Assembly: GCA_015485715.1 (NCBI GenBank)
Contig: WFTA01000039.1
Coordinates: forward strand, 1-46,914
Source: Patescibacteria group bacterium
GTDB taxonomy: Bacteria; Patescibacteriota; Patescibacteriia; WFTA01; S139-112
Length of the DNA: 46,914 nucleotides
Direction: 5' to 3'
The notes under the pieces are model-generated. The model searched no databases and had not been told where the DNA came from. It was given only the letters and a program-made list of their open reading frames with translations. This document shows positions 20,536-30,550 of the stretch, piece after piece. Made by a program: the position numbers and the translations under genes. Positions within the stretch are counted from its first letter, which is position 1. Every line of letters starts with the position of its first letter.

Positions 20536-20590
20536 TTACCCAGAACCAAGTAGGTTCTGGGTAACCCTAAACCCCACGTGGTTTAGGGTT
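20536..20590. promoter_or_regulatory. Two abutting hairpin palindromes upstream of parA
   Basis: TTACCCAGAACC-aagta-GGTTCTGGGTAA (12-bp perfect arms, 20536-20564) and AACCCTAAACC-ccacgt-GGTTTAGGGTT (11-bp arms, 20563-20590). Neither strand has a flanking T-tract. Confidence 0.7.
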
Positions 20591-20793
20591 AAACAATATC
20601 CAATCTATAAAAAATCTAATACTAAATCCAAAATCCCAAACAGTACTAAAGTATTTTTAGGTTGTTTGAAAATTAAAAATTTCATTGAAAATTGAAAATT
20701 TCACCCCGCCTGCCCTATCGGATGATTAGGGTTGAATAACTGGGGTTGAAAATTTGAAAATTATTTATAGTTTCTTATACTATTTTACCACAA

Positions 20794-20822
20794 TTGACCA
20801 ATTAAAGAAAATATTTTATTAT
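20794..20822 (+). promoter_or_regulatory. Candidate promoter for tRNA-Leu (TTGACC-N17-TATTAT)
   Basis: Hexamers read directly. The -10 element ends ~16 nt before the mature tRNA 5' end. Confidence 0.4.
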
Positions 20823-20838
20823 AAATATGCCAAATTTC

Positions 20839-20922
20839 GGGCAAGTGGCGGAACTGGCAGACGCGTAGGTCTCAAAAACCTATGGGCTTTTGCCCGTGAG
20901 GGTTCGATCCCCTCCTTGCCCA
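20839..20922 (+). tRNA. tRNA-Leu (anticodon CAA), class II with a long variable arm; CCA not encoded
   Basis: Folded by hand. Acceptor GGGCAAG/CTTGCCC, D stem GCG/CGC, anticodon stem TAGGT/ACCTA with loop CTCAAAA, variable arm GGGC-tttt-GCCC, T stem GAGGG/CCCTC with loop TTCGATC, discriminator A. Confidence 0.93.
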
Positions 20923-20941
20923 CAGTCTTAAAGATCAAAAC

Positions 20942-20966
20942 AAAACCCCGACTCAGTCGGGGTTTT
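20942..20966. terminator. Bidirectional intrinsic terminator shared by tRNA-Leu (+) and the giant ORF (-)
   Basis: AAAACCCCGAC-tca-GTCGGGGTTTT, with A-run and T-run flanks that give a U-tract on either strand. Confidence 0.75.
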
Positions 20967-20986
20967 GATTAACTATCAAGGAGATA

Positions 20987-23900
20987 TTAGTTTTTATTTT
21001 GATTTCCATTTAAATTTAGTAAAAGACTCATTCTAATTAATCTATCAACACTTTCCCTATTTAGTACAGATAACCCAAATTGTCCTCTCTTTCCTTCCCA
21101 TTGAAGCCCTATTCCTGTGGCCTGACTGCCCTCATAATATTCTCTGTTAAAATATAAACGGGTACTACCTCCTACATTTAACCCTGCTTCAATCACCTGC
21201 TTGTGGGGAAGATTAGCGCCTCTAACATCAAATGGTCCTACGCCGGCTTCAATAATATACTGTAATGCAGGTTTTTTATTTATTTGCAATCCGTCTTTAT
21301 TTATCTCCACCTTTCCTCCTGTATTCAATATAAGTTGAGGTTCAATATATACTTTTCCACTTGATATCTTTGTCTTCAAAGATATAGCGGCTGATGGGAA
21401 GAAAAATGTATCTCTATCAGTTCTAACCATCACAGGAATCTGTACGACACTTACCCTTTCTCCTTCATTATTCGCAAGCGCTGCCTGTATAAAAGCACTA
21501 CCTACATCAATCCAGTTCAAACCACCTAAAAACCTTATCTCACCTTTTATTCCATCAGTAAATTCAGCTTTTACACTTAAACTTCCTGACAGCTGAAGTA
21601 GATGTTCTATTGGAAGTCTGATGTTTAAAGGAGAATTTTGGGAGTTTAAAACATCCGAACCAGACGGGCTAAGAGCTGCCATAATATCTCCAGTAGTATA
21701 GGAGATTTTCAAACTTTTCTCCATATATTCACTGCTACTGAATACTTTCATTTTAAATCCCCTTCTTTCCTCCATACCACCTCTTGAACTGAATTCCAAA
21801 TCTCTATAAGTCAGTTCTCCTCTTAAACCACTTTCTCCATACTGAGGATCTTCATATAAATCAGTTGCTTTCAATATAATATAGGTTAATAAATCAATCT
21901 GTTCTTGAGCTATTTCCTGTACTGAAGTATTTGCAACATTCTTAAGCATAAAATCAACAAGCTGATAAGGCTTAGTATCTTTTCCAAGACCTGATACTAT
22001 ATCTGCTAATTCTTTTATTTGCTTAGGATTAAGCTCTAAATACTCTTCTATCTCATTTCTTTCAAACATAATCTTTAAGGAGTTTAAAATGCCTGCCAGC
22101 ACCTTAACATTGTAAGGCACTTTGTTGCTTTCCATATCTACATCCATAATGCCTGCAAGATAAGGAAGTCCTATCTTAAGCTTAACATCTCTGTCTCCAA
22201 AATATTCCTTAATTTTTTCTGCAAAATCCTGCATATTCTTAGCCCCAAGAGCAATCTTTTTAAATACATCTAAATCAAAAGGTGTTCCATCAGGAATTTC
22301 AAAAGATATAATATCTTTCTTGTACTTTCCAAGGTTGGGGTCATATTCTGATATATATATTTTTGCTTCTTTTTCACCTATATAATACCCGGCATTAGCC
22401 ATTAGTGCCGCCCAACTCCACTCTATCTTTGAGGCAACATCAAAGCGTCCCAATAGCCTGTCAAATTCAGCTACTGTTTCCCAGCTGATATCACCGTTTT
22501 CAACCAAAACATTTAGTGCGGCTCTGCTTAATACATTATTTTCAAACTCTGCCCAAGATTTGGTAACCTCTGCTTTCCATCTTCCAAATATTGCCTGCAC
22601 CAGATCAGCAGATATTTTTGCCTTATCTCCTCTTTTTTCAGCCATCACAGCTTCCACAGCAAACCTTAACTTGCCTTTTAGAAAATCTATATATCCGCTC
22701 TTTAAACTTGCAAAAGTTCTCTCTTTATCTTTTAAGTACTCAACTTCGTTAAATTTAATCTCAAGTATATCAGCCAAATAAGCGTAAATTTCACTTGCAG
22801 ACAAATCCATACCGTTCTTCTCCAATTTAGATATAAATTCTTTTATTCCCAACTCAAAACTACCTGCATTCAGGACAAAACTCTCAAAAGCATACTCTTT
22901 TACATCGTTTATCTTGTCTATCTTTTGCTTAAATCCTTGAAGTTTTGTATTTACTATTCTTCCAATTCTGGCATACAGACTGTCTATATTCCTGTCAATA
23001 TTCCCTTCTGCACCTATCTCCTCCTTTACACCCTCAACAACTGCTTCTATAAACCCTTTAAAGGCTAAAATCTTTAGTTCCTCAAATCCCTGCACCATCT
23101 TTTCTCCTGTTTTTGAAAAGAAATACTCCTTCAAAGAAAAATTCAAAAGACTGTTTAAATCTGCTTCTATTTTTCTGTAAATATTTTCTCTTCCTTCAGG
23201 TGAGTCTATATCAACATAGCCAGATATGGCAATTCTTATTATTTCCCCTACAGTAAATCCAAGCCTGTCAAATACTTCCTCCCTGCTTCCGTCTTCTCCT
23301 ATTTTCTTATTATATCCTTCAACAAATATGCTTAGGAGTTCTTCAACATCAGGACTTGAGAGCCATTCTGATATCTTGCCTTTATATTTGCCATCTTTTG
23401 ATCTGCCAAGATCTGCAAGCAGTTCATCAAGATTAATATTACCTTCATCATCCATATAAAATCCCTTTTCCCTGACAGCTAAAAGAAAATTCTGAATCAT
23501 TGCATAAAGCTCAGCATTTTGTAAAAACGCTTCCTCTATGCTCTCTGACTTTTTAATACCCATTTTCTCAAGTTTTAACAAAAATCTATCTATAAGCTCT
23601 GCACTGAACTTATCAAAACTGATTTGTGTTCTTTCCTTAGATATTTCAACCACTAAACTATCCAACACAGATATAAATCTGCTTTTCTCAAGCTCAACCC
23701 CTGCTCCCTCTACAGCCAGTCTTATATTTCCCTTTCTGTCAACATTAAGATCAAATCCCTGCACTTTAAACCAATCTTCATTTTTCATCAGAACTTCAAG
23801 ATCTTCAACACTCAATGAAAACTGACCTTCCTTTGTATTCAATCTTGCTGAAATCCCCTTCGTCTTTCCTATAAATACATTACCCCAGTTAATCATATTC

Positions 23901-26900
23901 CACTCTGCAAGCTGGAATATGAATTCATTATCTCCATATTTAGCCTGCAGACCCTGCAGTGCCACTGCTCTGGCATTTCTATCTATATCAGACAACATAC
24001 CATCATCTATATATCTTAAATCTTTACTATCAAACTCTATTATTCCATTTAACAATGCTTCAGCATACAAATCCTTTGCATCTCTCATTGCCTCAACCAA
24101 TGTAAACATATCAATACCAAGCTCAAACTTTTCACTTGACAAATCTGCACTAAATCTAAATTTTGAAATACTAGCAACAAGCTTTTTTACATCGCCAGAA
24201 TAATCAAGATGCCCCTCTCCTGCTGCAACTTCTATTTCACTTCCTTTTTTCTTTGCTTCAAATTCCTTAAGCCATGCATCTGCTATCTCTTTATATCTCT
24301 CAAGTCTCATAAAAGCAAGATAGGCTGTAAAATCACCTGTTCTGCCATACTCTAACTTTAAACCTTGCAAATCAGCCTCTATACCTTTGTTAATTTTTCT
24401 TACTCTGTCAGCAACTTCTTCAGGAGTCATTTTAGGGGCATTTAAATCCAAATTTGCGAATTCTTTTGCATAAATTTGTTCAACACCCAAAACAAACTTC
24501 ATATCTCCCAAACCTGCCTCAAGACCCTTTATAATGCCATATATATATTTTCCATACCCTTCAGAAAAAAATGCCTCAGCACTCACCCTCAAAGCATATT
24601 GTATATCCTCTTTACTAATATCTCCTCCTTTCTGAAGCAGGATTTCCCCTATATTTGCATAAACAAGCTCTTTAAAATTCTTTACAAATACATTTCTAAG
24701 ATATGCAGTATATGCATCGTTTTCCATCTCAACACCCACCATTCCAGTAAACTCAAAATATTCACCTATAACCCTTTTTGCAGCATCTTGATATCTTTTC
24801 TCAGGATCAGATTCTCTGCTGTTTTTAAGATAATACTCAAACCTTTCAGCCGCACTGTCGCTTGACAAATAATCTCTCAAATCCCTAAATGCAAAACTCA
24901 TCTGCAGTCTGAGATAGTCTCTTCTTAATTGCTCAAATTCAAAATCTTTCAGAAAAGCTTCCCAGTTTTCTGTCACAGCCATTGCTTTTTCTAAATCTAT
25001 ATAGGTCTCACCATTTTTATATGTTACCGTCAATCCTTCTAAACTTGCAAACACCTGATCTTTAAAATCTTTCACTTTAGCTCGAGCTAATGCAATCTCT
25101 ATACTATTTTCACCAAATACACTCTCAACTTGTGATACAAATATATTGCCCCAATTATCTATCTCAACCCTAAATTCCTCTACTGATAATTTCTTCCTGT
25201 CTTCAGCAATTTTACCACTTATTCTTTTGACATAAGTTTCAAAATCATCAGCTATAATATTTGCTAACTCTGCAGAAAATTTTTCTCTGCTGATATATAC
25301 ACCTTTAAAATAGAATTCTGTTCCTCCTCCTCTTTCTGCATGAGGCAGGAAAGTACCCATTGAGTCAAAGCTGAATACCTTATCAGACTGGTTATAATAA
25401 ATATTGGTAAACTCTGTGGTAAATCCTGAAGGAAGCTGAACAAATATGCCATTAATATTTACACTCTCAACACCAGCAAAATTCTCTTTTATAAACCACT
25501 CCAGCCAATTTTTATCTACCTTTTTACCTTTATAGAAAATCTCATCAGATGTTCTGGGTAGTGTAAAATTATTCCAGTTAAAACCCTCTTTATCTTTTCC
25601 TTTTATATCTACTCCTTTTAGTGATACACTTAATGTATCCTTGCCTTCTGGGCCAGCATTAAACCAACTTAGATTAAAAGACTCTATAAAAAACCTATCA
25701 TTGTTTACCTTTGGTAAAGTAAATTCAATCTTACCTTTGACTGGATTAGAATCATGAGGTTCAACATTCTTATAAGTCTCTATTCCTCCGTAAGAAATAC
25801 TAAACTTATTACCATCAAAAAATACGTCATATACATCTGCCGAATATCCTTGACCAAACCATTTCAAATTCTTTGGAACATAAGTAACTAACACTCCTTG
25901 TATCATTTCGTACCATGGAGGCAGTTTTTTACCTTCAGCTATAGCTTGCCTATATCTGGTTGCAAATGTATACAGAGAGAGATCATTACTTTCCGCATCC
26001 AAATACTTTTCAAACATACCATCTACTCCTCTGACTCTAAACTTAGAAGGATATTTTAAAACCTCCATCTGTATCCCCCCAACATCGACAGCTCTTTCAA
26101 AATCAGTTTTTATTTTTTCATAAAATCCTTTCAGCCATGAAATAGCATTCTCTCTATATCCCTTTATAAATAGAGGTATATATTCGCCCGCCTCTGTTAT
26201 TTTCTCTTTAGGAATAGATGTTTTCTCATCTAAAATATTTAAATATTTATTCCATTTACTTGATATATCATTAGCATATTTATCTAATGACAAGGATAAA
26301 TCGTAAATATTTTTATTAACCCACTTATAATATGAATATACTAGTTGGGAATATTTTTTTCTTTTTTCAGTAATTATTTCACTGCCAGCTTGCATAATCT
26401 TTTCTTCCAGTTTTCCTATCATATCCGTCCATACATTAGATATTTCTTTTGGATCAAATTTTCCAGATTTTATACTCTCTTCAATTACTTTTCTGGTGTC
26501 TGCAATAGATTTATATATATCACTCCTTACATCATCTGGAAGTACAAAAAGTAATTCTGAAAATTTTTTTTCGAAATCATTTATCTCTTGTAAAAACTTA
26601 TTGGCAGCTTCAGCTCCTTTCTGATTAATCTCAGATGATATGTTGTCTAACACTTTATTCAATTCTCTTCTTACTGAATCAGGCAAACTCTCTACTATTT
26701 TTTTAATCTCATCAAAAGGAGACTTTAACTTCCTTATCTCATCAGGCCATTTGAGAGTAGCCAATATATCCCTAGCCTCTTCTCCTCTAAGATCAGGGTT
26801 TGCAAAAGGACCTATACCAGATCCTGTTTTAAATCCTGCAGAAAATACAGGACCTTCTCCGCCTTCTATCTTAAGCTTTGGGACAGGAAGAGTATCAAGC

Positions 26901-29900
26901 TTGGTTGTGGTTGTCTCTGGAACAGGAAAAGCAGGTGTAGTATTTATTAAAATACCTACCAGATATCTTACAAATATTTCAGCAGATACTCTATATGGAT
27001 TTACCCTGCTTTCTCCTTCTCTTTTTTGTAGTTCTTTTTCAAATTCTCTCCATACATCAAATTCTGATATCGACCTTACAGCTCTTTCAAAAACATCTCT
27101 GTCTATATTGAAATATCTGTCATAATACTCTTTATATAAAGCAGTTATCTTATCCTTAAACCAGTCAACTGCTTCAGAAACAAATAAAAGCCTCTGGGAC
27201 CTTGCCTCAGGACTGACACCACCACTTAAATCCCAGTAATAATCACCTCTCATTACATTTTGCAAAAGCAGTATATCTCTTATAAACTTGTACAGATTTG
27301 GGTGCTTTTTTTCCAAATCACCGAAAGTTTTTATTCCTTGTTCAGGTATACTGAATCTAACCTGAGGCAATACTTCATCCATTCTCTCTCCTCTCATCCA
27401 AGTGATAATCTGCGCTGTTTTAAGATAGGCGTCATTACTGTTTGATGATAAAACTTTATCTATATCTTCATCTGGTATATCTTTTAGTTTGGCATATTTT
27501 CTTACATCATCCACACTTATACCAGTAAATCTGTCAAATATTCTCAAATATTGTTCTACCTTTATTTTCTTACCTTTTACACCTTTATATATTATCCTTC
27601 CATCTTTTTCTGCAAACAATTCTGAAGTTATCTCATCATTTTTCAACTCTTTAAAAAACTTTTGCTTTTTTTCCTCTGTCCATCCCTGAGTATATTTCTC
27701 TAAATACTCATTTGTATAATATGCTACATATCTCATTCCCTTGTGAAGCATCCAGTATGTCCTTTCAAATATATTGTGAGGTGCAGGAGTTTCTGTAAGA
27801 GAACCCTCCAAAATATCCTTAATCTCTTCCCATTCACTATCAGGTGCAAGAGCAAAAAGCTGAGACTCAAGATGTTTTCTCAAATCTTCAGCAGGGATAT
27901 CTATACCAAGTCTTTGAAGATCATTCTGAGATATCTGTGAAAACAAAACATTCAGACGAGGTCCTGCATATTTGGACCAGTGATAAAAATCCTGCTGTCC
28001 TTTCTGTGGATGTGCCTCAGCTTGACTACTGCCATAAAAAGATGCAAGCACATACAAAAGAAGAGCAGGAACAAGGGCTTTTGCATCTTTTGCTCTATTG
28101 TCCGCATGTTTGACAGCACTCTCTATAGCACCTTTTAGAGATACCCCACCTCCACTGCTCAGCATATCTGCTAAAGCATCTATTAAATACTCTTTTTCTG
28201 CCTGAGGTACACTGCCTTCTGCAAGAGCCTTAATACCATCAATTGTCCCCTGTATACTCCCTATGCTTTGGTCCAAAACCTCTGCATAGATGTTAACCCT
28301 TGACACCATTTCATCTCTTATTGTTCTATGTAATTCACCAAGAACCAATAGTACACTGCTAAATAATTTTGTATCTTCAGCTGAAAATCTTTCAACTGCT
28401 GTAGAATACATATCATTTACTTGTTGATAGACACCATCAATCTGGTTTTTATACTCAATCAAAAATAAAACAGGATTTGTATCTCCACTGCTGATATTTT
28501 CTATCACCTGTCTGGCAATATTTCTGCTGTTTTTTATTTTTGGCATTATTTCCCTTACCTCATCTATAATTCCTTTTATCCCCCCTACTACGCCTCTCAT
28601 CTGTTCTGAAATGTTTTTTTCTTCAATTTTTGACAGAAATTCACCTGCTTTTGCTATTCTCTCCATATGCCTTCTCTCTTCAGCAGAAGATATACTGTCA
28701 GCTGCTTTTCTGGACAATTCCTGAACCTCTTCAAAAAGAGAGGAATCGCCTGTTTCCATACTTACAATGCCAGCACCCAAAGTTAACAGCCTTGAATAAA
28801 CATCTGCACTCATCTCTAACTCTTGTGTGGCATTTTCTAAAACTTTAGATATACTTTCTGCTCTACTTAATCCAGAATATATATCTAATGCACTAAAGGT
28901 ACCCTTTTCTACCAAATATTTAATATGCAGCAAAACCTCTCTATACTCTGAAAATCTGTTAAATATACTCTGATCTACAATATCTTCCAATAAACCTGTG
29001 GCTATATTTCCTTTAATCGCCTGTTGTGATAATTGGCGCTGCAAATCCCCTACTTTTCTGTCAGGACTCACTAAACACACCTTCTGATAAGTAGAATCTA
29101 TCACTTTCAAGACTTTTTTCTTTGTACCCTCATCTAATCTTGCTATCTGACCATACCCCTCAAAATTTATATTTTGAGATACTATATCTCTTATCTGAAG
29201 CAAATTTTTGTTTACCTCAAGCTCTATTCTCTTTATTTGATCAGCAAATATCTGCTCTTTTGGATATTTAAGTTGAGTGTAATAATATTCAATCATCAAG
29301 TTGTCTAACTCTGGTATATGGTTTTTAGGATCTTTTGCACAATCTATAGCTTTATCAACAATGCTGCGTAAAGATGCAATCTCTCTCTTAGAGGCAAATT
29401 TAGATATCTGATTTTTATATTTTTGCCAAAGCCCTTCTACTCCGTCCAACTCTAATCTAAACCTATCAAGTTTTTTTAATATTGTTTTTTCATCTCCAAG
29501 TTCTATATCAAAAAGCAGATTTCTGACTGTATCAATAATATCTCTCTTTAAGCCAAGAAAACCGACTTTATATCTGTGATATTCTATTTTATCTAATATC
29601 CCCTTCTCTCTTGCATAATGTATATTTTCTACCAGACGCCTTGCCTCACTTAGGCTTAAATCAGAAGACTTAACCACTGTCCTGACTGCTTCAGACGGCT
29701 TCATTTTTCCATCAATAATCCCATTTAAAACAACACTCCATACCTCTGGAATAATATTTAAACTTTCTCTGTATTTTGCTCTAAATATTTCACCCAACTC
29801 ACCCACTAAGCCATATCTGACACTTTCACTCAACTTTGAGACAACTTCACTATTATCAGGCAAAACCCTATTTCCCTCCATCAAAGCCTGCAAAGGAATA

Positions 29901-30550
29901 GAAAATCTTATATTTCTCCTGCCTTCGATTCCAAAACCATGTTCACTTGTTAATTCATCAATTGCTTCAACAACTTTTTCTACTGCCGCGCGGACAACAT
30001 CAGGTACTGTTGAAGATTTAAATCCACTATCTACTATATACATATGAACCCACTCAGCCAAACTAAAATGCCTGTTATCCTGTGTATTGTACTGCTCTTG
30101 TAACCTTGTTCTATCTGAGTCTGACAGTAAATTACGTGCTTTCTGAGTGGCTGATGTTAATTTTTCTGAAAGCGTAGACTTGGAAATTATCTTATAGTAA
30201 TTCCTGTATACCCCCTGCCAATTGTTCGCATTTCTTTTGGATAACCTAACTAACACATTTTGAGGTATTTCTGATAAAGTATTCAAAACCTCATCTATAG
30301 CATCAGGAATTTGATTATATATACCCGAAAGATCAGAAAATTCACTTTTAATATTTGCACGCAATTCTTCAAATGCACTTCTTACATCGTTTGGATCCAC
30401 ATATTCAAGCTTTCCACATACACCAGCCGGGAGCTCTTCCAAAAACCTTTCAGTATCAAAAATACCAGTAGCAACTTCTGGAGATCCGCCACCCGCTGTC
30501 TTAATCATATGCTGAAAATCTTCTTTTGATTGTATTCTGCTGTACCTCAT
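20987..30550 (-). CDS. Giant hypothetical protein (3187 aa); no family recognised
   Basis: Uninterrupted 9.56-kb ORF with an ATG start in DNA where stop codons are frequent. Mostly K/E-rich, helix-like sequence. More beta-like segments lie at about 25275-25890 and in the C-terminal ~255 aa (20990-21760). Confidence 0.85.
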   Translation of the reverse strand: MRYSRIQSKEDFQHMIKTAGGGSPEVATGIFDTERFLEELPAGVCGKLEYVDPNDVRSAFEELRANIKSEFSDLSGIYNQIPDAIDEVLNTLSEIPQNVLVRLSKRNANNWQGVYRNYYKIISKSTLSEKLTSATQKARNLLSDSDRTRLQEQYNTQDNRHFSLAEWVHMYIVDSGFKSSTVPDVVRAAVEKVVEAIDELTSEHGFGIEGRRNIRFSIPLQALMEGNRVLPDNSEVVSKLSESVRYGLVGELGEIFRAKYRESLNIIPEVWSVVLNGIIDGKMKPSEAVRTVVKSSDLSLSEARRLVENIHYAREKGILDKIEYHRYKVGFLGLKRDIIDTVRNLLFDIELGDEKTILKKLDRFRLELDGVEGLWQKYKNQISKFASKREIASLRSIVDKAIDCAKDPKNHIPELDNLMIEYYYTQLKYPKEQIFADQIKRIELEVNKNLLQIRDIVSQNINFEGYGQIARLDEGTKKKVLKVIDSTYQKVCLVSPDRKVGDLQRQLSQQAIKGNIATGLLEDIVDQSIFNRFSEYREVLLHIKYLVEKGTFSALDIYSGLSRAESISKVLENATQELEMSADVYSRLLTLGAGIVSMETGDSSLFEEVQELSRKAADSISSAEERRHMERIAKAGEFLSKIEEKNISEQMRGVVGGIKGIIDEVREIMPKIKNSRNIARQVIENISSGDTNPVLFLIEYKNQIDGVYQQVNDMYSTAVERFSAEDTKLFSSVLLVLGELHRTIRDEMVSRVNIYAEVLDQSIGSIQGTIDGIKALAEGSVPQAEKEYLIDALADMLSSGGGVSLKGAIESAVKHADNRAKDAKALVPALLLYVLASFYGSSQAEAHPQKGQQDFYHWSKYAGPRLNVLFSQISQNDLQRLGIDIPAEDLRKHLESQLFALAPDSEWEEIKDILEGSLTETPAPHNIFERTYWMLHKGMRYVAYYTNEYLEKYTQGWTEEKKQKFFKELKNDEITSELFAEKDGRIIYKGVKGKKIKVEQYLRIFDRFTGISVDDVRKYAKLKDIPDEDIDKVLSSNSNDAYLKTAQIITWMRGERMDEVLPQVRFSIPEQGIKTFGDLEKKHPNLYKFIRDILLLQNVMRGDYYWDLSGGVSPEARSQRLLFVSEAVDWFKDKITALYKEYYDRYFNIDRDVFERAVRSISEFDVWREFEKELQKREGESRVNPYRVSAEIFVRYLVGILINTTPAFPVPETTTTKLDTLPVPKLKIEGGEGPVFSAGFKTGSGIGPFANPDLRGEEARDILATLKWPDEIRKLKSPFDEIKKIVESLPDSVRRELNKVLDNISSEINQKGAEAANKFLQEINDFEKKFSELLFVLPDDVRSDIYKSIADTRKVIEESIKSGKFDPKEISNVWTDMIGKLEEKIMQAGSEIITEKRKKYSQLVYSYYKWVNKNIYDLSLSLDKYANDISSKWNKYLNILDEKTSIPKEKITEAGEYIPLFIKGYRENAISWLKGFYEKIKTDFERAVDVGGIQMEVLKYPSKFRVRGVDGMFEKYLDAESNDLSLYTFATRYRQAIAEGKKLPPWYEMIQGVLVTYVPKNLKWFGQGYSADVYDVFFDGNKFSISYGGIETYKNVEPHDSNPVKGKIEFTLPKVNNDRFFIESFNLSWFNAGPEGKDTLSVSLKGVDIKGKDKEGFNWNNFTLPRTSDEIFYKGKKVDKNWLEWFIKENFAGVESVNINGIFVQLPSGFTTEFTNIYYNQSDKVFSFDSMGTFLPHAERGGGTEFYFKGVYISREKFSAELANIIADDFETYVKRISGKIAEDRKKLSVEEFRVEIDNWGNIFVSQVESVFGENSIEIALARAKVKDFKDQVFASLEGLTVTYKNGETYIDLEKAMAVTENWEAFLKDFEFEQLRRDYLRLQMSFAFRDLRDYLSSDSAAERFEYYLKNSRESDPEKRYQDAAKRVIGEYFEFTGMVGVEMENDAYTAYLRNVFVKNFKELVYANIGEILLQKGGDISKEDIQYALRVSAEAFFSEGYGKYIYGIIKGLEAGLGDMKFVLGVEQIYAKEFANLDLNAPKMTPEEVADRVRKINKGIEADLQGLKLEYGRTGDFTAYLAFMRLERYKEIADAWLKEFEAKKKGSEIEVAAGEGHLDYSGDVKKLVASISKFRFSADLSSEKFELGIDMFTLVEAMRDAKDLYAEALLNGIIEFDSKDLRYIDDGMLSDIDRNARAVALQGLQAKYGDNEFIFQLAEWNMINWGNVFIGKTKGISARLNTKEGQFSLSVEDLEVLMKNEDWFKVQGFDLNVDRKGNIRLAVEGAGVELEKSRFISVLDSLVVEISKERTQISFDKFSAELIDRFLLKLEKMGIKKSESIEEAFLQNAELYAMIQNFLLAVREKGFYMDDEGNINLDELLADLGRSKDGKYKGKISEWLSSPDVEELLSIFVEGYNKKIGEDGSREEVFDRLGFTVGEIIRIAISGYVDIDSPEGRENIYRKIEADLNSLLNFSLKEYFFSKTGEKMVQGFEELKILAFKGFIEAVVEGVKEEIGAEGNIDRNIDSLYARIGRIVNTKLQGFKQKIDKINDVKEYAFESFVLNAGSFELGIKEFISKLEKNGMDLSASEIYAYLADILEIKFNEVEYLKDKERTFASLKSGYIDFLKGKLRFAVEAVMAEKRGDKAKISADLVQAIFGRWKAEVTKSWAEFENNVLSRAALNVLVENGDISWETVAEFDRLLGRFDVASKIEWSWAALMANAGYYIGEKEAKIYISEYDPNLGKYKKDIISFEIPDGTPFDLDVFKKIALGAKNMQDFAEKIKEYFGDRDVKLKIGLPYLAGIMDVDMESNKVPYNVKVLAGILNSLKIMFERNEIEEYLELNPKQIKELADIVSGLGKDTKPYQLVDFMLKNVANTSVQEIAQEQIDLLTYIILKATDLYEDPQYGESGLRGELTYRDLEFSSRGGMEERRGFKMKVFSSSEYMEKSLKISYTTGDIMAALSPSGSDVLNSQNSPLNIRLPIEHLLQLSGSLSVKAEFTDGIKGEIRFLGGLNWIDVGSAFIQAALANNEGERVSVVQIPVMVRTDRDTFFFPSAAISLKTKISSGKVYIEPQLILNTGGKVEINKDGLQINKKPALQYIIEAGVGPFDVRGANLPHKQVIEAGLNVGGSTRLYFNREYYEGSQATGIGLQWEGKRGQFGLSVLNRESVDRLIRMSLLLNLNGNQNKN

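Noticed and set aside
20701-20748. Possible decayed copy of the TIR element (TCACCCCGCCTGCCC...CTGGGGTTGAAAATT). A second candidate lies at 30821-30850 (AAAATTCAACCCAAAAATCTTGGAAAAC).
   Set aside because: The matches are only ~8-13 nt at the ends with no alignable core, which is too weak to call without a profile search.
20754-20972. 72-aa plus-strand ORF from the ORF track
   Set aside because: It is fully occupied by the hand-folded tRNA-Leu(CAA) and its terminator hairpin, so it is not a protein gene.
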